NCBI GenBank assembly: GCA_964035545.1
Contig: OZ037767.1
Span: forward strand, 15,814,998-15,878,997
DNA: 64,000 nucleotides
Direction: 5' to 3'
DNA from: Bugula neritina
Lineage: Eukaryota; Animalia; Bryozoa
A program made the position numbers and the translations under genes. Positions 25,567-35,737 of the stretch are shown one piece after another (position 1 is the stretch's first letter; every line of letters starts with the position of its first letter). The notes below the pieces were generated by a model, which was given only the letters and a program-made list of their open reading frames with translations, was not told where the DNA came from and searched no databases.

Positions 25567-27282
25567 CCGTAAAATGGGGTAACTTTAGCCACTTGAGGTA
25601 ACTTTGGCCACTTTGGAAAAAATGTTTAAAATGTAGCTGGTGCTATATCTATGAAGTCTAAAGATGTTTTAATTGTATATATGCACTGACTGTAGGTTGG
25701 TGCATCCTATTCCTGAAAAATAATTGATATACTTATTTGCTGCTTCTTGCTGTCAGCCATTTTCAATTTCCTGTTTGACAACAAGATTTTCAGCGCTGTC
25801 CAACTTTAATCTATTTGAAGGCATTAGAAAAGCTGGACTTATTTTCTTTTTTGTATTAAAGAACTTTGGTAAGTATTTAACCAGGATATTTGTAATTTAG
25901 GTAAATAAATTGAAATCTAAAATTAAAATATGTGTCTTGAATTCACTGTGTACAATTTTTGACAAATTTGGGGTAACTTTGGCCATGACTAAATGGTACT
26001 CCAAAGTAGGTTTCTGGCAGCGCTGCGAACTTTCTGTTACTTCAGACACATAGTACATTCCTTTCTATAGGCACAATCATTTGATTCACCTATACCCAAT
26101 GCTTTAGTTATATATTTAAAACAAATTAGAGTCCGAAATATGAAATAATTACATGGGGAATTATGCATTTTTGTTCCCAGACAGCAATTTTGTGTTTAAT
26201 GTTTTTTTTTTATATAAGAATTTGACCATGCATTGTAAAATGTATTTTTCAAGACAATTATACTCAGAAAATATTAAAGAAAAGTAACATCTCCAAGATA
26301 TGGTATATCTGAGGAGATCATTGGTTTTGCTTTATTCACAAGAATTGGCAGCTGGAAAGTCTTGACAAGAAGTGGCTAGAAATATGATATTACCAAAGGA
26401 ACACTACAAAACAGAGCCGCATGAAGACACAAGCTGAAGCCTCGAAGCCAAACTGTGTTATCACAAGTAGAGGAGGTAGCCATTGTTGACCATACCTACT
26501 ACAAAGCTGGCTCAATGGGGCTTTCCATTAGATAAAACAGACTTTCGTATAGTCAAGACCTATTTTGACAAATGTGAAAGAAGAGTGCAACATTTCAAAA
26601 GCAACTACCCTCAAGATCACTGGAGTCTCAGTTTTATGTCAAGACATAAAGATAGCTTGTCTCACAGGTTGTGCCAAAACATAGCACCGGAATGGGCAAC
26701 AGTTAATTCTAAAGACATTACGCATTATCTAAAAAATCTACAGTTAACTGTCACAGCCTATAGTTTGAAAGGGCATACTTGAATTTAAGATTAAATTCAA
26801 TGGAATTTGAACTTGTACAGTGATTTATTCAATGTTGCCAGCAAAATACATGATTTTTTATACATATACAAAAGTTTTTACACTTAATAACAATGTACCT
26901 CGAATAGCCGTGGTTTCAATGCAATAATTACACTATTATAGCTTGCATTTTGTCTAAAATAATTTTTTTTTGTAGCAATGAAGTTGAATAATGTTGTTCT
27001 TTAATTTCTAACTGGCTAAAAAAGCTCCAAGTGCTGCCAGCTTTAGCTACATGTAGAATAACGACACCGGCCAAAGTTACCCCGAAAATAGGGTAACTTT
27101 GGCCACCTACTTTTTTTAATACCACAGGAGATCTAGCAGTCCCAAACTGCAAATGGTTCTTTCATTTAGTGCATATGTTGATAAGCTTCATTTAGCATCC
27201 AAAAAATTTAAAGAATATTGTAATCCTTTCATATGACACCCAAAATATGTCTCAAAACGGCCAATGTTACCCCATTTTACGG
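25567..27282 (+). mobile_element. Decayed pogo/Tigger-like (CENP-B HTH) DNA transposon in gene A intron 1
   Basis: TIRs ccgtaaaatggggtaac / gttaccccattttacgg; repeated gggtaactttggcca motifs; transposase remnant QWGFPLDKTDFRIVKTYFDK..W..SFMSRHK..LS.R..QNI. Confidence 0.8.
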
Positions 27283-27544
27283 AACTTTATTACATATGTA
27301 ATGTATTAAAATTGTGATTCTTTTACACCAATTATATGACTAATATTATCTTTTTCTCAAATATAATAAGCATATAATAATATTATATTATATTCTTAAA
27401 CAGCAATTATATTTTTATTATGTTGATCTCATCCAGCTCTATAATACTTATGGCATCTTGATATTTAATTATTTTTGTACAGCAACTATATAAACATTAT
27501 ATATTTCTTGTATATAGTAGTTATAAAAATGTTACATTATTATT

Positions 27545-27890
27545 GTTTGTTTTTGTTTGTTTGTTTGTTTTCTTTATTTCAATCAAAAAAAAACAAAAGG
27601 ACAAAAAAAATACAAATATACAACAGTAACACAAAAGGAGCTAAATTCAATTTATATATAATATCAATTGAAGTCAAGATGGGGGCCCATGTGCTCAGTA
27701 GCATAGCTATTCAAGGAGCGGGGCCCAAGTGGCAGTTGAAAAAATAGTGGGAACTATTTATTCAGATTAAGTTAAAGATTTTAGTAGGTGCTTTTTCAAC
27801 AATATTTTAAATGTGGCAAAGCTTTGATGATGTCTTAAAGTCAGAGGTAGCTTATTCCAATTGCTAGACATCTGGTAGGACACTTGACGA
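27545..27890 (-). mobile_element. 3' fragment of a CR1/L2-group LINE
   Basis: Minus strand WNKLPLTLRHHQSFATFKILLKKHL* (typical ORF2 end), short 3'UTR and (AAAC)n tail. Confidence 0.6.
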
Positions 27891-27961
27891 TGTATATTAG
27901 ATATCTAAACATTATATCATTATTCTATTGTAATTATATAAATGCTATCTGCTTATTTTAG

Positions 27962-28126
27962 GCCAGATGTATGCTGGTTTGCAGGATGGCAGAGAATGCT
28001 TCTGTGGTACAACCTTTGACCTCTATGGAGCTCTAGACGAATCAAGTTGTAGCAGTAGTTGCACGGGAAATGCGAGTCAGATATGTGGGGGAAGTTGGGC
28101 AAACAGTGTATACAGAGCACTGTCAG
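27962..28126 (+). CDS. Gene A exon 2: second half of WSC domain
   Basis: ttttag| YAGLQDGRECFCG..CSSSCTGNASQICGGSWANSVY |gtaag; phase 1-1. Confidence 0.9.
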
Positions 28127-28327
28127 GTAAGATGAGAAAAATGAGATGAGATGAGATAAAATGAGAAAAGTTTTTTAGGTAATACATGAAATTGGAGTTT
28201 TTTAATCTTCACAAGACTTATCAAATTTTATTTAACCAAGTATATATTTACTTTTACAGACGATTGTTATTCTAAAAAATTGGCTGATAGGGAAATAGCT
28301 TTTGAAGGAACATTAAAATAATTAAAC

Positions 28328-28519
28328 TCATAAAAACACGATACATTATTTCTAACAAGTTACACATCTAATCTATTTCACACTCTAGCTTCGACTGAGT
28401 TAGCAGCGGGAAACTACAATTGCTGCTAACTATCAACTACGCTAATTGGTTAGCCATTGTTCCGGGTCAATTACGCGACCCTACATGTTGTGCTGCTGGT
28501 AGTTCCACGAACCACCACA
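28328..28519 (-). repeat. E2 3' LTR, truncated (outer 113 bp missing)
   Basis: Matches 35525-35716 only; no TSD at the left junction. Confidence 0.92.
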
Positions 28520-28804
28520 CCGCCCCCACCAGCAGAAAGCCATCTTTCTGATATATATAAAAAAAACATTCAATAGTAATTGCATACATCAGTGGACAAA
28601 TAATACATAATATACAGGAAGAGACATAATAATAGACAGAGTCATTATAACGATCCGTTGCATACAATTGGCCAGCTGTAGATAGACGAGGAATACTAGC
28701 TAGCTGTGGTGTTAGACAGGGGATAACCTGTTAAGCAGTCAAACATTTACATGACATCTGGGCTTCTCCCGAGAGGCAGAGTTGGAGTACTCCGAGTAGT
28801 CTAA

Positions 28805-29665
28805 CTAGAGTCCTTGTTGGGCACGCCGGTGCTTGGCTTGGCATGTACGCAGTTTCCGTTTCATACGGCATACGGATCCCTTGAGCTGGAAGAGTCCTGT
28901 TGTAGTGTTAAGTAGGTCTGGTGCCAGCTGGGTGAACTCTTCTTGTAATCGTAGGAGGCGTTCTTCTACTGTGGCTAGTCGTACTGGGTCGGGGGACGGT
29001 GTCCGTCTGCGGCGTAAGGGTGGACTGGGGGACCTGGTCCGTCTCTTCGCCGGGGTAGGGGAGATCTCTCCTTCTTCTGGATATGTAGTTTCCTCGGGGG
29101 TGTATGTAATTTGAGGGCGGTCAGACACCAACGGGGATTGTTGGCGGGCGTTGTCTAACACACGTTGGAACCCCGAGGATAGAACGGCTAATAGCATGGC
29201 CTTCTTTACCAGAGGTCGTATATATGTGAGGAACTCCGGGTACAGCTTAGCGTCGACCACATAGTTTTCTCCAGGGAAACAGCCCGCCGCTCTGTGTCTG
29301 GTGACGGGGTAGGGATACACATCATTGTACCCGCAGGGGCAGAAGGTCAGTAGGAGATGAGCATTGACGTGTAGTTTAAGGGAGCGGTGGGAGGCGCAAT
29401 CTTCACCACAGATCTGGCATCTCGTCCGTCCTCTGGACCCCCAGGCTGTTTCTATTTCTTCTTCGGTTTGTGGAGACACCCACCGCCAACGGCGGCGTAG
29501 TGGCTCAGGCCGGTCACCACTAGCATAGTCCTCCGGATACGGAGCGGGAAGCGTTCTATCCCGTACCCTGGTTGTAGCGGGTCGAGTGTAATCTGAAAAA
29601 GTTTCAACAGTGTTAGTACAGTACACTGCTGTGTTGTCAGCTTGAACAGCTTGGCAACTCCTAAT
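28805..29665 (-). CDS. E2 ORF3: zinc-finger / coiled-coil accessory protein (no 5' ATG; perhaps spliced)
   Basis: CQIC-x12-H-x3-H, CPC-x12-H-x4-C, Y.VD...YP.FL..I.PL, RS/P-rich linker, LATVEERLLRLQEEFTQLAP coiled coil; frame open from 29665. Confidence 0.8.
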   Translation of the reverse strand: MRSCQAVQADNTAVYCTNTVETFSDYTRPATTRVRDRTLPAPYPEDYASGDRPEPLRRRWRWVSPQTEEEIETAWGSRGRTRCQICGEDCASHRSLKLHVNAHLLLTFCPCGYNDVYPYPVTRHRAAGCFPGENYVVDAKLYPEFLTYIRPLVKKAMLLAVLSSGFQRVLDNARQQSPLVSDRPQITYTPEETTYPEEGEISPTPAKRRTRSPSPPLRRRRTPSPDPVRLATVEERLLRLQEEFTQLAPDLLNTTTGLFQLKGSVCRMKRKLRTCQAKHRRAQQGL

Positions 29666-30440
29666 TCAGTTACCTCGTAGAGATTAATGATAGTGAATAG
29701 TCAGATAGAACCGTATTGCAATGAGATTATAAAAATCTCTAAGTCAAACTGAGTTCTTACTACGGTATTTCACTAACCTATCTCCAGCTCGATTGACTCA
29801 GTGAGTCAGAGCTGAGCGATGCAATCTAGTTTCGTATTAAGATATAGTTAACTCACCCCACGATCTGTTGTCGTAAGACATACTGAATATGTGAAATGGT
29901 TTGAACTACTGCTTAGAAACACGTCTACTCTTGACTGCATCAGCGTATGAAAAGATCGAGCAACGTGGTTGGGGTGCGTGATTAAGACTTTGTGCACCCG
30001 GCGGATGAATTTTGTTTCTATTTCCGCCGATACAAAAGTTGATATTTCCGTGGTGTTGACAACTCCCACATTTGCTCGATTCTTTTCTCGTACGGTTTTC
30101 CCCTAGACTTTCATGTGTGCCGCTTTTAACGCAGTCACATACGAAGTCTTTCAAGTATGCGGGGGGTTGCCTCGTACGCTGTCCCCTTTCTAGGGGGGGT
30201 GACACGCTTGCCGGTTCGTTAGTAGGGGCCTCAAATGGCGTCTCTACTTCACCGTTAGTGGTCACCTCTTCTTGTTCTCCGGATGGAGCCCCTCCCTCCG
30301 TGGGGGTTTGCACTTCCGGAACCGGCTCGGTTTCTGGAAGTGATGGAATTAGACTTGGCGGTGGCGGACACGCTTCTGTTGACAAAAGCTGCCGCTCCTC
30401 TCTCACCAAGTTTTCCTCCCGCGGTATGACCACTTCGTAT

Positions 30441-33400
30441 TCAGGTCCATGCCGCCGTCGCCCGCGCGTCGTTGTCTGCCTCCTGGGCTCTAACAACGGG
30501 GGGGGCTTTTCCCACTCCGCCGGGGCTAGCCCAATACGGTTTCAAGCGAGACTCATTCTGGATAGACACCTGTCCTGAGCGCTCGATCTTGTACGTATGA
30601 TTGGGCATAGCCTCGACGACCACGTAGGGGCCTACGAACTTAGGCTTCAGCTTATCAGCCTGTCCGCGGCGCCTACGGTAATTGACCATCCACACCTTAT
30701 CTCCTCTTTGATAGAGGGGTGGTTCATCGGAATCTTCGTGCCGCACCTTCCACTGCTGTTGACGCAGTATCTCGTGTGCGGCCTTCATCCGTTCCACTAG
30801 TTCACTGGCATACTCGTGGACTGAGTTATCTTGCTCTGGAACGTGATAGGTGAGATGGTCAGGGACACGGGTCTCTCTCCCGAGCATCAAGAGGTTTGGG
30901 GTCTCACCAGTACTGGTGTGTGGGGTGCTACGGTATGCACGCATGACTTGCGGCAACACCGTATCCCATTCCTCTTGACCTCGTCCAAGGAGGAGACTCC
31001 GGAGCGCATCACCTAGCATCCGGTTGTTGCGCTCCACCACCCCGTTACCTTGAGGGTGGTAGGGGGTGGTCCTGCTCTGATTTACTCCCCAGAGGTGGCA
31101 AAGGTCGCTCATCAGTTGAGACTGGAATTGAGCGCCTTGATCAGAGTGTATCTGTTCGGGAAGCCCAAAATAACAGAATACGTGTTGGTCTAGTGCCCTG
31201 GCCACTGTTGGGGCTGATGCATCTGGGATAGCCAGAGCATCCGCCCACCTAGTAAAGTGGTCGGTTAGTACTAGGATCCAATTATTGCCTCTGGGGGTCA
31301 GGGGCATGGGTCCGACCAGGTCTACAGCGACTACTTGCCAGGGCCTACCAGCATATAGCCTCCGCCGTCCTGCTTCACCAGGGGGGCGGCTATGCTTACT
31401 GGCCTGGCAGATCTCACACTGTTTGACTCTGAGCCGGACGTCACGCTCCATCTGCGGCCAATACCACCGGAGTCGTAATTTGGATATCACTCGCTTGACC
31501 CCTGCGTGGGCCTGCTTGTGAGTATCCCAAATCAACTCACGGCGGATGGCTGTGGGGCAGACTACCCTCTTCCTTTCCGGGTGTCTGCCGCTGGCAGCTA
31601 GAGAGATGGTTAGCAACCCATCCTGCCCGATCCGCAGCGAGTCCCAACGCTGACAGTATAGCCGGAACTCGGCGCATCCCTGTCGTATGCGTTCCTCGCT
31701 GGGTCGTCGCCCTTCCCTTTTGGCCCGGTAGATGTCTGCCACGACTCCAGGCAGCTCTTCTTGGAGCTTCTTCAGCTCTCGAACATTACCGGCCAGTACA
31801 GGGTTGGCGCGGAGGTTTTGTACATCCTCCGGGGACTCATCAACTCTTTGCCTGAGTTGACCTTGATCCCAGTCAAACGGTGCTCCGTGATGAGCCAGCG
31901 TCTCCAACTCGCATCGTGGGGGCCCTCCATCCCTCCTCTCGATGTTGAGACACTGTTTGCAACCTCCGTCAGGTCGGCGACTCAACCCATCCGCATTGCT
32001 GTGTCTCTTGCCCGGTCGGTGTTCGATCCGGTACGAGAATTCAGCTAGGATTTCGAGCCACCGGGCGACCTGACTAGAGGGCTCTGCTCTCCTGCACAAC
32101 CAGATCAGCGAGGCATGATCCGTACGCAGCCGGAACTTCCTGCCATATAGGTATGGTCTGAAGTGCTTCACTGACTTGATTACTGCCAGCAGCTCCTTGC
32201 GGGTAGTGCAGTAATTTCGTTCAGCGGGAGAGAGAGACTTGCTGTAGTAGGCTACTACTACCTCTCGGCCTTCCTGCACTTGCGACAGCACAGCGCCAAC
32301 ATTCTGGTCACTGGCGTCCGTGTCTAGGATGTACTCCAGAGTGGGGTCTGGGTAGGCCAAGATGGGCGCCGTTAGGAGGCAGCCCTTGAGGCGGTCGAAC
32401 GCTTCTTGTTCGACTAGAGTCCACTGCCACGTCACTCCCTTTGCGGTAAGCCGGTTTAACGGCTGGGCTATGCCCGCAAAGTCTGGTATGTATTGCCTGT
32501 AATACCCTACCAGCCCCAAGAAAGCCCGGAGTCCGGTCAAGTATTGAGGGGTGACCCAGTCTTCTACTGCCCGTACCTTTTCGGGATCCGTTGCCACGCC
32601 GTTTCGACCGACAACGTGCCCCAGGTACTTGACCTCCGGCTGCAACAGAGCGCACTTGGAAGGTTTGAGCTTAAGACCGGCACCTCGGAGTCTCTCGAAA
32701 ACCTCCTGCAGACGACTGACATGTGTCTCAAAGTCTGGAGAGATTACGATGACATCATCGAGGTAGACCAGCAGTGTCTTCCAATGGAGTCCGCTAAGGA
32801 CTTGTTCCATCAGCCTCTGGAAGGTGGCTGGGGCGGAGGTTAACCCGAAGGGCAGCACCTTCCACTTCCACAAACCGTCCCGTGTGATAAACGCCGCTTT
32901 CTCTTGGGCGTCGGGACTCAGAGGAACCTGCCAATAGCCGCTTAGCAAGTCTAACGTACTGAAGTACTTGCTGCCGGCTAGGGCGTCCAATGACTCGTCA
33001 ATACGAGGTAGAGGATAGGCGTCCTGTATGGTTACGCTATTGAGTTTGCGGTAGTCCACACAGAACCGCCAACTGCCGTCTTTCTTCCGGACCAGTACGA
33101 CTGGCGAGCTCCACGCACTATGGGCGGGCTCTATCAGTCCCCGGTCCAGAAGATCCCGTACTTGTCGGCTAACCTCCTTCTCTTTCTCCGGCCCCAGCCT
33201 GCGTGTGGGCTGCCGGACAGGGACTGTCCCTGCAGTCAGCGGTATTTCGTGTCTGACAATTCCAGTCAGTCCCACGTCATGCTCTCCGCTGCTGAACACA
33301 TCACCGTAGTCGCGTAGTAACTTGGCCATAGCCCTGCGCTCTCTGTTACTCGCGCAGCCGTTACTGGCCGTCTCGTATAACTCCCGGAGATGTGTTGGGA

Positions 33401-34538
33401 CTGCCCCTCGTCCCTGAATAGGGTGTCGAGGGAGTGCCTCTGTCGCATCACCCAGCGACGGGCCTACGTCTCCCTCTTGCACAGAGTGAAAACGGCCCAG
33501 CATCGACCCAGCCGGGAGCTTGATAGGCTCGGTAAAGGGGTTGACGCACTGCACTAAGATTTCCCCTTGCTCAGTCAGCTGGTTCAGACTGCTGGCAAGT
33601 TGGATCTTTTCGTGCGCGCCTTCAACCACCCCGAGTCCAGAGATCCGGCTACTATTCACCCTGCAGTGAATGGTAGCCCGGGAGCGGCCTGGTATGGTAC
33701 GGTTGCGTACCACTTGCACACCTCCTACTAAAGGGCAGCCGAACTTGTCGACGCAGGCGAGTTCCCGCCCGGACATCATCATTGCAGATCTGCTAAAATC
33801 TATGTGACATCCGTGCCGTTTAAGGAACGGCATCCCGAGGATAGCATCCTCCTTGAGCTGACTGACGATGAACGTCTCTTGGATCGTTTGATCGCGGACT
33901 CGTCCCGTCAGCTCAATTATACCATAGAAGGGAAGGCACGACCCGTCAGCTAGGGTGCCGTATTCCCCTTCGTATGCTTCCATCTCGCCCCTGACCCTAG
34001 CGCTGAGGGTGTCGAAGAGTTGGCGGCTTAAGAGGTTTGTGGTACAGCCCGAATCAATGAGAAAAGTAACAGCTTTGCCTTCCAGTTTACCGGGCAAGAA
34101 ATAGCTGTTCCCATGGGGCTGCACCTGAACTCTCCCTTCAGGCCTTACTCTCGCAGGGAGTACCTCCCTCGCTTTGGGTCGCGAAGGAGGTCTCTTGGGG
34201 CGGTGATGGGTAGGCCTCGGGGGTGCCGAGGCTAGATCCTCAGCTACCTTTGTGTGCTCCCATCCAGATTCTTGGACTTGCAGCCCTGTGAATCTGTTGT
34301 GAAGGGGCATAGAAAAGGCAGCCGCGGGGCGAAGCCCTTTGCTGGTCCGTCGTGGCTGTTGCCACTGTTGGTTGCCAGTACGCGGTACCCGTCTGGGTGA
34401 CCTGCGTTTCTTCTTCCCTAGAGGTTTCATCGTCGGCCCGCGGAAGGTGGGAACATCTGCGGGCCGCGGTAGTTTAACCCCTGATTTAGGAAGGGACAAT
34501 ATCGGCGGAAATGTCCTTGATTTCCGCACTCCCAGCAA
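30441..34538 (-). CDS. pol: E2 pol polyprotein (PR-RT-RNaseH-IN); tail beyond GPY/F frameshifted into 29906-30496
   Basis: FLIDSGC, YLDD, DASD, H..H..CEIC, DDE, FVGPY motifs in a 1365-codon ORF; entered by -1 frameshift at 34472-34478. Confidence 0.95.
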   Translation of the reverse strand: MLGVRKSRTFPPILSLPKSGVKLPRPADVPTFRGPTMKPLGKKKRRSPRRVPRTGNQQWQQPRRTSKGLRPAAAFSMPLHNRFTGLQVQESGWEHTKVAEDLASAPPRPTHHRPKRPPSRPKAREVLPARVRPEGRVQVQPHGNSYFLPGKLEGKAVTFLIDSGCTTNLLSRQLFDTLSARVRGEMEAYEGEYGTLADGSCLPFYGIIELTGRVRDQTIQETFIVSQLKEDAILGMPFLKRHGCHIDFSRSAMMMSGRELACVDKFGCPLVGGVQVVRNRTIPGRSRATIHCRVNSSRISGLGVVEGAHEKIQLASSLNQLTEQGEILVQCVNPFTEPIKLPAGSMLGRFHSVQEGDVGPSLGDATEALPRHPIQGRGAVPTHLRELYETASNGCASNRERRAMAKLLRDYGDVFSSGEHDVGLTGIVRHEIPLTAGTVPVRQPTRRLGPEKEKEVSRQVRDLLDRGLIEPAHSAWSSPVVLVRKKDGSWRFCVDYRKLNSVTIQDAYPLPRIDESLDALAGSKYFSTLDLLSGYWQVPLSPDAQEKAAFITRDGLWKWKVLPFGLTSAPATFQRLMEQVLSGLHWKTLLVYLDDVIVISPDFETHVSRLQEVFERLRGAGLKLKPSKCALLQPEVKYLGHVVGRNGVATDPEKVRAVEDWVTPQYLTGLRAFLGLVGYYRQYIPDFAGIAQPLNRLTAKGVTWQWTLVEQEAFDRLKGCLLTAPILAYPDPTLEYILDTDASDQNVGAVLSQVQEGREVVVAYYSKSLSPAERNYCTTRKELLAVIKSVKHFRPYLYGRKFRLRTDHASLIWLCRRAEPSSQVARWLEILAEFSYRIEHRPGKRHSNADGLSRRPDGGCKQCLNIERRDGGPPRCELETLAHHGAPFDWDQGQLRQRVDESPEDVQNLRANPVLAGNVRELKKLQEELPGVVADIYRAKREGRRPSEERIRQGCAEFRLYCQRWDSLRIGQDGLLTISLAASGRHPERKRVVCPTAIRRELIWDTHKQAHAGVKRVISKLRLRWYWPQMERDVRLRVKQCEICQASKHSRPPGEAGRRRLYAGRPWQVVAVDLVGPMPLTPRGNNWILVLTDHFTRWADALAIPDASAPTVARALDQHVFCYFGLPEQIHSDQGAQFQSQLMSDLCHLWGVNQSRTTPYHPQGNGVVERNNRMLGDALRSLLLGRGQEEWDTVLPQVMRAYRSTPHTSTGETPNLLMLGRETRVPDHLTYHVPEQDNSVHEYASELVERMKAAHEILRQQQWKVRHEDSDEPPLYQRGDKVWMVNYRRRRGQADKLKPKFVGPYVVVEAMPNHTYKIERSGQVSIQNESRLKPYWASPGGVGKAPPVVRAQEADNDARATAAWT
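34414..34478 (-). promoter_or_regulatory. -1 frameshift signal with predicted H-type pseudoknot
   Basis: GTTAAAC, 5-nt spacer, stem CGGCCCGC/GCGGGCCG; loop TTCCC can pair with downstream GGGAA. Confidence 0.78.
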
Positions 34539-35380
34539 AAACTGACTGTTTCTCCCTGTGGCGGCGCCGATGGCCGCATGGGCTCAGGGGCGGTACTCAC
34601 TGGGTTTTGTGGTGTCAGTGTTGCTATCAGCTTGGCTAGCATGTCCGTCAGTTGAGTGACTTTTGATGCCGTCGCCAACTGGGACACGGCAGCCGCGGCG
34701 GGGGTTTCCTCCCCTTGTCCCGCGGCCGTGTCTGCGCAGTCTATCTCCACTTGGCGAGAGCTTCCGCGACTTTTATGCATTTGGTTAGCTAGGAGGTAAG
34801 CTTCCCCCTCAGTCAGAGCATCTTCAACGGTGGTGACTCCCCTAGCTAGAAACTGGTGGTGGAGACCCAGATCGTCGACAGATGCTATGAAAGCGTCGAG
34901 GGTGTACCTCTCGCGGTTGACTGGGGGCAAGTCGCTGTACGCGATCTGTGCCAGCTTCATGACCGCGGCGGCATGCTCCCGCAGCGGGGTGCGGGGATCA
35001 CGCCGCAACCTCTGTAATCGGGCCCTGGCATCTGTAGCCGAGAGGCCAAAGCGGGCCCGCAGAGAAGCAAAGATATTATCAATGTCTACGCCCAGCCCAT
35101 AGGGCTTGGCTTTGTCCATCAATGCCATTCTAAGCTTCAGCAGGGCCACCCTAGGGGGCCACTGAGCGACGTCCATTACGTCGCTAAACTCTTGAATAAA
35201 TTGTTCCACCTCCTCTTCACCCGTGAAGGTGGGCGCCTTTAACCTGTAGCGGTCTTCAGCTAGTTCTCGCGGAACCCTTCGCTCTTCTACTACATGGTTA
35301 ACAGGCATTGTCTCTACAGCATTGTCTCTACGCTCACCTTCGATTGCCGGTGGTTGAATTTCAGCATTGTCAGTCTCCAT
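34427..35380 (-). CDS. gag: E2 gag with CCHC zinc knuckle (317 aa)
   Basis: Intact ORF; CWECGNQGHFRRYC knuckle. Confidence 0.93.
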   Translation of the reverse strand: METDNAEIQPPAIEGERRDNAVETMPVNHVVEERRVPRELAEDRYRLKAPTFTGEEEVEQFIQEFSDVMDVAQWPPRVALLKLRMALMDKAKPYGLGVDIDNIFASLRARFGLSATDARARLQRLRRDPRTPLREHAAAVMKLAQIAYSDLPPVNRERYTLDAFIASVDDLGLHHQFLARGVTTVEDALTEGEAYLLANQMHKSRGSSRQVEIDCADTAAGQGEETPAAAAVSQLATASKVTQLTDMLAKLIATLTPQNPVSTAPEPMRPSAPPQGETVSFCWECGNQGHFRRYCPFLNQGLNYRGPQMFPPSAGRR

Positions 35381-35411
35381 CTTGGATGCACTATCCCACC
35401 GCTGCCACCAC

Positions 35412-35716
35412 TGTTATAATTTTCAGATTAGGGTTGATATGCTATCCAGAGAGTCTATTTATCTAGTATAGAACTGCACCAGGCTAAGTCGAGTGAACGA
35501 GTATATTTTATACACAACTATACATCATAAAAACACGATACATTATTTCTAACAAGTTACACATCTAATCTATTTCACACTCTAGCTTCGACTGAGTTAG
35601 CAGCGGGAAACTACAATTGCTGCTAACTATCAACTACGCTAATTGGTTAGCCATTGTTCCGGGTCAATTACGCGACCCTACATGTTGTGCTGCTGGTAGT
35701 TCCACGAACCACCACA
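35412..35716 (-). repeat. E2 5' LTR
   Basis: 305 bp, TG..CA, tRNA-Leu PBS at 35393-35410; diverged from E1/E3 LTRs but same termini. Confidence 0.95.
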
Positions 35717-35737
35717 TTATTATTATGCTATTTTTAG

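Larger units (their letters stand above)
28328..35716 (-). mobile_element. Ty3/Gypsy LTR retrotransposon E2 (family-2 LTR/gag/PR/ORF3; pol core shared with E1), in gene A intron 2
   Basis: Complete LTR 35412-35716, truncated LTR 28328-28519, PBS 35393-35410, PPT 28520-28530, gag + pol + ORF3. Confidence 0.96.

Noticed and set aside
35617-35737. 5' part of the 454-aa ORF as a genuine N-terminus
   Set aside because: TTG start inside the LTR; homology to gene B and exon phase point to the acceptor at 35737/35738
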